DNA of 64,000 bases, taken from assembly GCA_964035545.1 (NCBI GenBank), contig OZ037765.1:10674698-10738697 (forward strand). Direction: 5' to 3'. Shown piece after piece: positions 39,476 through 51,400 of this stretch (position 1 is the stretch's first letter; each line of letters starts with the position of its first letter). The notes under the pieces are model-generated. The model made no database searches. It worked only from the letters and a program-made list of their open reading frames with translations, and was not told where the DNA came from. This DNA comes from Bugula neritina (Eukaryota > Animalia > Bryozoa). Both the position numbers and the translations under genes were made by a program.

Positions 39476-42400
39476 ATGGCTCGCCACAATCCTGATGATC
39501 CTGTCTTGGCCTATTTGGCTATAGACAGAAAAATGGCATTGGATGATCAAAAACGTCCATATGACGGGAAGAAGGCTTGCTTTGTGCCAGATAAAAATGA
39601 AGGCTTCGTAACTGCTGATATTGTGAGCTCTAAAGGAGATGAAATCACTGTTCAGACTGCTGCTGGGGAGGTGTGTACTTCTTTTATTGCTTATTTAATT
39701 ATGCTTATTTTTACACTATATTATGAAATATGCTGAAATGAAAATGCTTAGATTATAGCTTAAACTTACTCAAGCTTATAGTCACCATCCCTGCGAGAAA
39801 GCGCTTGATGGAAGGGGTTTTTGTTAAAGCAGTCTAAGGACTTATTCAGATGGGACACAGGGGCAATTATGACTGGATGCTCTTCCTAGCATCACCAATG
39901 GCCTTTGTCAAGGCTCAAACCTATAACTTAGTGCTTACTAGGCAAACACACTAAACCATAGATTATAGCTAAACTATTGGAAATGTATAAATGCATGATT
40001 TGTTGAAGTGGATTCTTACCTGTATATTTGATGTTATTTGTAGCAAAGAGCTGTGAACAAGGAAGATGTCCACCAAAGGAATCCCCCAAAGTTTGAGAAG
40101 ACAGAAGATATGGCCAACTTGACTTATCTCTCTGAAGCCGCTATATTGCACAATCTCAGAGAACGTTATCATTGCTGGAGGATTTATGTAAGTCGTACAG
40201 ACAATTCTGTTTCCATCAGAAAATGAAAATAGAGTAAAGGCTAAAATTTGCATCTGATAAAAGTTTATACCAATGCCGATTGATAATATTTTTAAATATT
40301 CACTATTTAATGTCAGATCAACCAACTTTCTACTTATGAGTTACATATAATTTATTGTTTTGTAAATATAAAAACCATAATTTAATATTCAAAGCAGCTG
40401 TAGAAAGCATGGCATTAGATGCATGGTTTAGTGTATAGAGCAACTGCATGGTAACAAAACACTTCAAACTGCAATTTTATTCTACATCTAGGCAAATAAA
40501 TTCTGCAGTATTTCACTAGATTTGGCTGGTCATCGTCCCCATGTGAGATTTTGTCTAGCCTCAAGTACTTATAAGTGATGATTTGGTGTATTCACCAGTA
40601 GTTGCAGCCATTAGGTTGAGAAATGCATACCTCACCGTATTAATAATCCTATTGATGAATGAAGTAAGAGTATGAGTTGGTAAGAATGGATGGGTTTGCA
40701 GGATTCTTTAGCCAGCTGGTTCTAAACATATGTGCCTGTTGCTATTCTATGTGGAGTAATTAAAGTAGCTCTCTGTCATGAACCTTTGATTAGGTGTATG
40801 TTTAAAGCTAAATGTTGAACATAAACACTGTAGCAGGGCATAATTAGGTAGAAAGTTAATTGTAGCTGGTATAATTACAGTAGACTAGGGGATAGAGGAA
40901 TTGCTGCTCTCATTACTGAATGGTTTTATGTCATAAATCCATATAAGGATGTAAACTGTTCTGTTATGAGAGATATAGTTTTAGCACCCCTTAACAGAGA
41001 TGCAATACCATATGTATACAGTATAGCACATATCTGCTTTAATTCTTTACCAAAGGTCAACTTATATTGCCTGGGCTTCTGCTCTCTTCTTAGATCCTTT
41101 ATCTATAATTCTTTGTAATGCCAGTCATAGTTTGTTCTTTTTATCAGCACTCCAGTCTTATTAATTAGGTAATTAGTTGAGACATGATAACCTGCATTCA
41201 TGTTCTCCAGGTCTTTTGTCATCTTAATAAGGGGAAGCAACTGCTTATCCATTGCCAGATAGCATTGCTTTTGCTGAAGGTGGGGAATTTAGACAGCGAT
41301 ATAATATGTTCAATCTGCTATGTAACACTTCTTTCAATGTCAGATTATAACTATAACTGTTATTGATAAAATTTTTCATTCTCAACTTGAAAAAAATTAC
41401 CAATGTTTTACTAATATAGGTAATTACTACAATCGTGTAAATAAATATCAAGCCAAACTTGTTATGTGTAAACTAAATCTCAAACAAGAGTGTCTTGTGT
41501 CACTGAGTGATCGCACAAATTTGATGAGCAAATGGATATTTGTAGATTTTCACAGCAAGCAATAAATACATTCTTACAATTTGTGTAAAAAGTTGAGTTG
41601 CTTATTACAAAGAGTATACAACATCTACCCAAAGAGCATATATAGGAATGGTGTGGCATTACACCTGCCTGTCTAATAACAATTTTATGATAATTTCAGA
41701 CATACTCTGGTCTGTTCTGTGTGGCGGTGAATCCTTACAAAAGATTGCCCATATACACTCAGGAGGTCATTGACATGTATAAAGGAAAGAGGAGAAACGA
41801 GATGCCACCTCATATCTTCTCTATCGCTGACAATGCGTATCATGACATGTTGCAAGGTACTTGATAGGTCTTTCATAAGTCTACACAAGTGGGCAATATG
41901 TCGCAATGAGACTAAACACTTGAACTTGAAAATTGTAACCTGGTATATATTTTTTATTTAAAAAAAACATATCATTTAAAGCTCAAATTATGTTCTATTA
42001 TTTTGCATGTAGTCAAAAATAATTTTTTTTATGACTTGTAAAAGTTTGCAATCTTTTATTTGAAACTATATTATATTTAGCTCGAGTAACTAAGTAATAT
42101 TAACTTTGTTTCGTGTCGCCCTATCAGTAATCATATGCTTTTTGTTGCAGACCGTGAAAACCAGTCCATTTTGATTACGTGAGTATCTTTAAACTCTACC
42201 TACTAAATAGCTGCACATTATATTCACACTATTGATTTGAATGTAAAACAAAAGAAGTTGTGTTGAATTAAATTATATTGTTAAGTCTCATAGTCATACA
42301 GCCATTGCCTTGTTACTAACTTTGTTTCATTTTGATGACTTTCATGCATGACCCATAACAATGTTCGAATGTTTTTTATTACCCGTCCTTTACTGCACTC

Positions 42401-45400
42401 CTCCAGGTATCGGGTTGAATTGTGACCTCATTTTTGTTCAATTTGAACTAACCTTTCTAATATCATTTGTGATCTTGTTCTAGATGCATTTTGTTTAACA
42501 AATGTTATTGTAACTGAAAATAATCTAAACAGATAATAGAAGTTCGAGAATACCATAAAAATACTAGCCTTTTATATATTTCTTTTGATGGAAAGCAAGC
42601 ACGATAATTAGTATTTGTTAATAATTTAATGATCAAATATTTTTGCACTAAATATTTTATTTTGTTCTTTTATTGTTTTCTTCCTGTTTTCATTGGTATT
42701 TTGTTGGTATTAATATACAGCATGATCACTTCTAACACCCACGTTGTTTGTCACTCACACAGCATGGCTACCCTTGAGTTTGTGTTCTTTCCTTTCCTAT
42801 GTTTAGTGGTGAGTCGGGTGCCGGAAAAACAGAAAACACCAAGAAAGTCATTCAATATTTTGCTCACATTGCTCATGCTGCCGTTAAGTCAACTGACAGT
42901 GCTGGTCCTAAAACAGTAAGTTTTCTGCCACATTGCTTACTAACCCTCCCGGCTGGTATGACAACTCCAATGGTTCACCTTATATAAAGAAGACTATCGC
43001 TTCCGTTTTCTTAAAAAAAACAAATAAATAATGTTATCGGTTAGGTCCAAATTTGTTGGCAGGCTCATATTAGCACGAGTAATGCTTTCGTTCAGATAGT
43101 CTTGACTTATATTTGGTGAACATTGCAGTCCAGTGAAATTTTTTTTGTTCAACAATAAAATAATAAACTTAACGTTCAGTGGTGAGTCTGGTGCCGGTAA
43201 GACTGAAAATACAAAGAAAGTCATCTCATACTTTGCCCACGTCGCTGCGGCGAGTAAGAAGAAAGAAGACGAAGGTCATACAGCAGAGGTACAATCTCGT
43301 CTTTCCGGTTATTTGCAGTTGATAACATTTTTAAGATGATTTTTTTCAAATTGTTCTCGATACTGTTATTGTTGATTCACAAGCTTTTAAAATTTGCATT
43401 TTTCTTAAATGTTTTGCAATTTAATACTGTAATGGTGTTATTGCAGATTAATAATACTTGTAATTGTCATAAAATGTTTAATTTAGAAAGTTTTTTCATA
43501 AAGCAAAACACTATGATGACATTTCAGGGAAGTATTATTTCTTTACTGTAGTTTGCATCTCTCCCTGTGATGTACAGTAAGTAAACATTGTTGACCTCAA
43601 AAATTGTTATCCTGTTGTGTTTGTCACCCCAGCTAGTTCCTTTATTGAATAATTAAAGATAAATTTCCCAGCTTTTCTATCAACTGTTGCTATTTTTACT
43701 TCTATGCCCTTTCATTTTTGCTGGTTAAGCCTGGTAAGCAAATTGGTAGCTTATGTAATGTAGTAACCTGGATTGAAGCACTCAAACCTCTACATACTTT
43801 GTAAAGTTCATATTCTATATTCTCCTTATAAGTTGGTTTGTGTGATTAGGCAATCACTTTTTAAATTGATGGGTTTCTATGAAGCTAGGTAATAATAGCT
43901 TTGTATTTCTCACAAGTAAGTTGATGATATTGCCTGTTTTGCAGGGAAACTTGGAAGATCAGATCATCCAGGCTAACCCAGTCCTTGAAGCCTTTGGAAA
44001 TGCTAAGACTGTTAGGAATAACAACTCCTCTCGATTTGTATGTTATTACTTTACAAGATTTTAACTAAGACATAAGTTGCTTCCTGAATTTTATTTGATG
44101 CAAAATTGTGTACCAAATTTGGATTTAAGAATGTATTTAATATGTTGTAGGGAAAGTTCATTCGTATTCATTTTGGTACAAATGGAAAAATTGCAGGCGC
44201 TGACATAGAATTCTGTAAGTGTATTCTTGCATCTTTATTATTTGGTTTTTGTATGATAGTTTTAATTTGCTGTAAAAATAATAGGTGGAACCTTAGCATT
44301 TATCAACAAATAGCATTGACTTATTATTTATATCTGATACCTGGAGTTGTTTTAAAATATTTATCAGTATTAATAATCATCTTTCATTTTTAATTTAAAT
44401 TTATGATATTACAAATTTTATATTAATCAACTTCAAATTCTGACATTAATTTGATGCAAAGAAATTTACCATTTTATGTTGAAATATGGGATAAATTCTA
44501 GATTTACTGGAGAAATCTCGTGTTACTGCTCAGCATGCTACAGAAAGAAATTTTCACATATTTTATCAGCTACTGAGTAGTAGCCACCCTGGATTAGCTG
44601 GTAAACTTGTAATCGAAACAGACATTCGGCAACATTTCTTAGTCTAGATTCTAAAATGTTCTGCTAATCTCCGTTTAACCTTGACCCAATCTCGTCTACC
44701 CTTGACATGTAAAATCCTATGTGATTCACAATCATTATCTTTCCTTCAAGATCTGTTAGAAAAGTCACGTGTCACGCAACAGATGGCAGCTGAAAGGAAC
44801 TTTCACATTTTCTATCAGTTACTTTCTCCTGCACTCCCCGGTGCTCATGGTAACTTTTGTGTGGCTAGCCATGTGATTTGAGTGAATATTCATTTTCTCT
44901 GCAACTCTCATTGTGTCTCTTAGCATGATGGGTTGTATTGTTAATTTTGTTTACTGTTGGCAAATAACAATATATAGAAAACATTAGCTATGTGCATGAG
45001 TTTGATTGTAGTAAACAGGCTATTTATGGGATAAATTGTCCTCTTATTTATTTCATTTGACTAACTTAAAATTTTGCTTATGAATTACATTAGTTTTGCG
45101 GTGCTTCAAGTAAATATAGGGTACAGAATTACCTCTTGGGTGTAACAAAATGGTGTCACATGGCAGTTTACAGAGGATTTGGTTGCATGTCAGCACAGAA
45201 GTGAAGCATCCTGTTGAACAATTCCCGTTTGAGTTTTTGCTCTTTTATATTATCATTTTGCTATTTGAAAGATGAGAACAAATTCCTACTTCTGATGGTT
45301 CTTATCTATTATTTCAGTAAACTCAGCTTGTTCTTGTTATAGAGAAACTGCTGGTGTCACCTGATCCTGGTCTCTACTCCATGATCAACCAAGGAGTGCT

Positions 45401-48400
45401 CACTGTCGATGGGATAGATGACTCTCTGGAAATGAAACTTACTGATGAAGCTTTTGACGTTTTGGGTTTTACAGCTGAAGAGAAGTTGTCTCTCTACAAA
45501 GGTACATTTTTCTTGTTTAATTGTTTAAAGCTCGATTACAAAGCTGTATGCAAAAAAGATTTCTTCAATTATTTCCAACTGTTTAAAAGACTCGGTTATA
45601 TGTTGCTGCATAATATATTTTGTAAAGTTTAGCATTAAATGATCACAATATTAAAATACTAAGCCACGAGAATAATAATGTGCAACATTTAATTCAATAT
45701 TATTTTGTTGTGATCAATAGCAACATGCTCCATCCTTCACATGGGAGAGATGAAGTTCAAACAGAGACCTAGAGAAGAACAAGCTGAAGCTGATGGAACC
45801 TCAGAAGCTGAAAAGGTTATTTTCTTTCTATTCCGTAATTTGCTGGTTTTTAAAGGGTGACATTTTGTATTTAAATATGGTGGAGCTGTCTCAATCGTGA
45901 TCAGAGATGCATTTTCACTTTCACTTTGAGTTTTCTTCCAGGATCACAGTCATTCATGTAGTTTACTTTTTAGCCAATCTTGATATCTTATGTGTTTTAG
46001 CTCTATTGTTTTTAAGGTTGGTGTAAGTTATAGCCTTGTGAACTATTATCTATTATTCATATCACAAGTTGATACATTTTAGGTGGCTTTCTTACTGGGA
46101 GTGAATGCTAAAGACCTCCTCAGCAATGTTTTGAAGCCTAAGGTCAAAGTTGGTTCAGAGATGGTGACTAAAGGACAGTCTTCACACCAGTGCTACTACT
46201 CTATCAACGCTACGGCTAAATCTCTCTACTACCGCATGTTTGCCTGGCTTGTAGAAAGAGTCAACAAGACTTTAGACACCAAGATTAAAAGGCAGTTCTT
46301 TATTGGTGTTCTTGATATTGCTGGATTTGAAATCTTTGAGGTAGGTCTTTACTTTCAATCATTACAATTTTGTATGGTTAGAAAAATTTTGTATGTGTTT
46401 TTTTCACCATAATTTTTCTTGTTTTCTAGTACAATGGATTTGAGCAAATCTGCATCAACTACACCAATGAGCGACTGCAGCAGTTTTTCAACCACCACAT
46501 GTTTGTGTTGGAGCAAGAGGAATACAAGAAGGAGGGCATTCACTGGGAGTTTATTGACTTTGGTATGGATCTGCAAGCATGCATTGATCTCATTGAAAAG
46601 GTAGGATGTTTTTCTTAATTTAATTTAAATATTATGCATTTTTTTCATTCACGTTGCTCCACTTTAAATGTTGAGAATAAATATTGCTGGCTGGCTAAAT
46701 AAGAATTTACCACAAATACCTTTTTTTTTTTAAAAACTGGATTTGTGAAGGTTATAATTGAATAGATATTTTTTTAGTCATCTGTAATATTAATATTAGT
46801 CAATGTGATCACAAGTAGCTTCATTTTCATACTAAATATATAATGACAAAATTGTGGTTTTTAGCCAATGGGTATTCTCTCCATTCTGGAAGAAGAGTGC
46901 ATTGTTCCTAAAGCTTCTGACGATACTTTCAAAGAGAAGCTTTATTCCAACCATCTTGGAAAGTCTCCTAATTTCAGCAAACCCAAGCCAGTGAAGGGAC
47001 GTCAGGCTCACTTCGAGCTGAAGCACTATGCTGGCACTGTGCACTACTCCATCACTGGATGGCTGGAAAAGAACAAAGATCCTATCCAGCAGTGCATTGT
47101 GACACTCCTCTCTACCTCCAAGGAACCATTAGTGGCTCACCTTTTCAAGGACAACACTGACGGTAGTGAAACTACTTCTAATTTCTTATGAAACTCTCAA
47201 TTTTTAGTGTAACTGTTAGCTAAATTAAATGGGATAAAATTAAATATGTTGTTCATAATTTTCAGCTGATAAAGAGAAGAGTAGTGGTAAGAGGAAGAAA
47301 GGAGGTGGCTTTCAAACTATTTCATCTGCTCACAAGGTTTGTCGCAACAAACATTGATATCTGTGCCAGTTTTTTGAAGCAGAAACACAAATCGTTTTAA
47401 AATCATTCTTATTGAGGTTTCTTGCAAAGGATGTCTATGATTATATTGATTGTGATAAACATTTGAGTCTAACAATAATTATGTATATGATTTGATATTA
47501 TATGGCACTAATTTAGGAATCACTGAATAAGTTGATGATCAACTTAAACAGCACATCCCCTCATTTCATTCGCTGTATTATACCAAACGAAGAGAAGGCC
47601 GCAGGTACAAAGTAATGAGAAATGTTGCTTGATTTCTTATCGGCACTTTGTCTGTGTTCTTAACACCTGCCCGCACTATCTTTGTTTTGTCAGTACACCA
47701 GTCTATTTGTCAGCACTTTGTCAACTTGTCATCAATGTTTCTGGCACCCGTAACCCTGTCCCTACAGTCGTCGAATTTGCACATTGAAAGTTTCGAATAC
47801 TGTCAAGATTATGTCTCTCGTATTGTCGTTTGAACTCCTAAATGCTATTTTTGTCTACTAACTCACAGTGCTCTTTCCTAATCCAAAATCACATATGCAT
47901 GTTTGTTCGTACACCTAGCCATGTGACTGGTCATCTCTGCAGCACTGTGTACCTGTATTAACCCACCATGTGGCTCCTCCACTCTTGCATGTGTGTATTG
48001 TACACGTCTCTCTATGTTATGCATAGGAGTCTCTACACAAACTAATGACTACTTTGAGAAGCACCATGCCTCACTTCATACGTTGTATTATCCCCAATGA
48101 AGACAAGGAAGCAGGTATCACCTAGCATTGCACTCGCTAGTCATAGTAGCTTAAACGTAGAACAGTGCTTGCCCTATTGACTCAAACTTGTATAAACTTA
48201 TCTTTGGTAGCTAAACTGGATACAAGTCCAATATAATAAAAGATTTGAGTATTACTGTTTCTAATTTGATGTGAGACATTTTCTGTCCAGTGTTGGTTGA
48301 GTGTTTGTTACTTTGCATGCTTAATTGAATGAAATATATATTTATATATTAATTTTTCCTGTATGTCATGAGTTGAGTTTATTGCGGAAATATATATTCA

Positions 48401-51400
48401 TATTTTGTATAAGTACTTTTAAAAAGCTGAAGTTCAATGTTGACAATTGACAGTTAAAAACAATTTGTACAGAAATAATATTTTAGTATTATGTGTTAAG
48501 TGGTGTGTTATTAATGACAGTATAATTATAATTTTAAAGTCTATAACATGTTTGACCCATGATTTGTAGGTGTGATTGATGCTGCCCTGGTGCTGAATCA
48601 GCTGCAGTGCAATGGTGTGCTTGAAGGTATCCGTATCTGCAGGAAAGGTTTTCCTAACAGAATTGTCTACTCGGAGTTTAAGCAAAGGTAATATTTCTTG
48701 GACTGCTGCTTAAAGGGAATTCTCAAAAAAAATAAGGATGAGCTATGAAGTGACAAGATCATCTTCTCAGACTTTCTTTTAATTATTCATATTTTTAGCA
48801 TAATGGGTTTATATGTATTTATTTCATAAAATGTTTTAGTATATAAAAAATAATAGAATTATGAGTTTAAAATTAAATTAATATACATATCTCTACTTTT
48901 TTGGTGCCAAGGCAATGTTTTTATAGTATTGTAAATTATTGTTGCTTGCTATAAGTATTCTGCTGATTCTGCTACAGATACACTATTCTGGCCCCTAATG
49001 CTGTTCCACAAGGATTCACTGATGGAAAGGTAGTAGCAGAGAAGGTGTTGTTGGCCTTGGCTCTTGACCCTAATGAGTACCGTCTTGGTACAACCAAGGT
49101 CTTCTTCAAAGCTGGAGTCTTAGGTAGGCCTTTGAATATGAAGCTACGTCACAAATTTTTCATTTGTACTAAAAATAGCTTTAATGGATTATTATTATAC
49201 AATGTATTGTATGAATACACTTTGCCAATATCAACAAAATCTACCATACTGTTTATTTCTACATACGTTTGCATGAATAAAATGTATTTTTTGTGTGGGT
49301 AACATTCTCTGTACTGTACTTTAATATATAATCTACCGTACTCTCTTTTTCTCCAGGTATGTTGGAGGACATGCGAGACGAAGCATTGACAAAGATTGTA
49401 TCTCGTTTCCAAGCCTTCGTCAGAGGCTATTTGATGAGAAAGAATTACAAGAAGTTGCAAGACCAGCGAATCGCTCTTTCTATCATCCAGAGGAACATCA
49501 GGAAATGGTTGTTACTCAGGTAAGTCCATCACTACAACTCTGACGGTTAGTACTAGTTAGTTGGATTGTGTTGAGTCTTGCTGAGCACTGACAATAGAAA
49601 ATAGTGAATTATTCCTTTCCTTTCAATCTGCAATTCTTCATATAACTCTGCCTTCTTGAAATAATGTAGTACCACTAGGTGTTGTGACACAGGGCGCTTT
49701 AACACATTTAAAGGAATGTTCTATTACTATTTGCGGTTAATTTTTGTTTTTTTTTTTCAACTTCATTATACTTTTGAGTCAAGTATATATTACCAAATTA
49801 ATTATATGCGATAATATTCGAGTGTTTGTGTCACCTAATAGAAACTGGCAGTGGTGGAAGCTGTATATCCGTGTGAAGCCACTCTTGAGTATTGCCCGCG
49901 CAGAAGATGAAATGAAGAAGAAGGAAGAGGAGTGGGCTCAGACGAAAGAAGAGCTGGAGAAACTGCAGGCTCGCTATAAAGAGTTGGAGGAGCAGAATGT
50001 GGATCTTCTCAAGTCTAAGAATGACTTGACCTTGGAGGTATAATGTTTATAAATGTCCAGCAGTCTGCTCTTAGGTTAATCTTAATTTTGAACTTTCTAT
50101 TGTAATTGTGTTTAGTACCGATGTAGTTACAGTGCAGAATGCAATATATGATGGATTTATACTTCACTATGTAATATTATTTTGTATTGTGTTTTCCTGG
50201 TGACCGGTTAGTTTTTTTTTCTTTTCAACCTATTTTTGCACAACTAGTTGCAAATAATGTAGTTTGATATTTTCAAACTTTGCAAAAGAAATATTCCGCA
50301 CAACTAAACTATTTTGTCTATTTTAGGTGCAAGCAATGGACGAGCAGGTATCAGAGTCGGAGGAGAAGATGGCCGGCCTCATAACTCAGAAGGCTGACTT
50401 GGAAGGTCAACTGAAGGAAATGGAAGACAGGCTGATGGATGAGGAAGATGCTGTGGCTGACCTGGAGGCAGCAAAGAGAAAGATGGACACCGAGATACAA
50501 GACCTCCGAGCAGATGTTGAGGATTTGGAGCAAAGTCTTTCTAAGGTACAATGAAAATAAGATTCTCACAGTGATGCAACTTCACTAGTTCTAGGATGGC
50601 AAAACACTAAGTGTCTAGATTAATTGTTGAATGCTTCTTCCAATTATCATAATATTATATTCTAGCATCTATGAGGTGCTGCTAAGCATTTTCAGTGGAC
50701 ATAGAGGGGGGTTCATTATACATACCTTATGTCTTCTGTACCTGACCCATGTCTATTCAAAAACTATATCTTTGTTTTGAAAAAAGTAGTCAATATAAAG
50801 TATTTTCAATTAGGTAACACAAGGTTTGGCCCACCACCGCTGGTATCACAGAGTTTATAAACTATTCTTCTGTGTTTAGGCCGAGTCAGAGAAACAGTCT
50901 AAGGATCACCAGATCTCTACTCTACAAGGAGAGATGCAGAACCTCGACACACAAATTGCTAAACTGACCAAAGAGAAGAAGAACGCTGAGGAAAATAACA
51001 GGCAACTCTCTGAGCAGCTCCAAGCTGAGGAGGATAAGGTCAACCATCTGAATAAAGTCAAGCAGAAGCTGGAGGGTAACTTAGATGAGGTATATTACAC
51101 TGTTTCTGTAAACAATTATCTTCAAGTATCATCAAACTCTTCTGTAGAGTTATTCCTAATCTATAAGGTATTAGATTAACAATGAGATTGAGATCTCATT
51201 TAATGGTGATGTTTGAGCACCAAACTGTAAGATTTTGCATTATTACATACACGCACCAGGAGCACTTCCGCCCAGTTGCTTCCCAAAGCTTTTAAATCTG
51301 ATTTCAGAACCTAACAAAACTCTTTATGTTGTTACATCCTCCAGTATTTATGAATTTCTGGGCAACTAATTAGAACCTTGTTGTATTGAATGTAACATTT

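Noticed and set aside
42807-48114. Duplicated myosin exons read as an assembly error or a second myosin gene
   Set aside because: The pairs are diverged at synonymous sites, keep identical length and phase, and have unrelated flanking introns, which fits true mutually exclusive exons.
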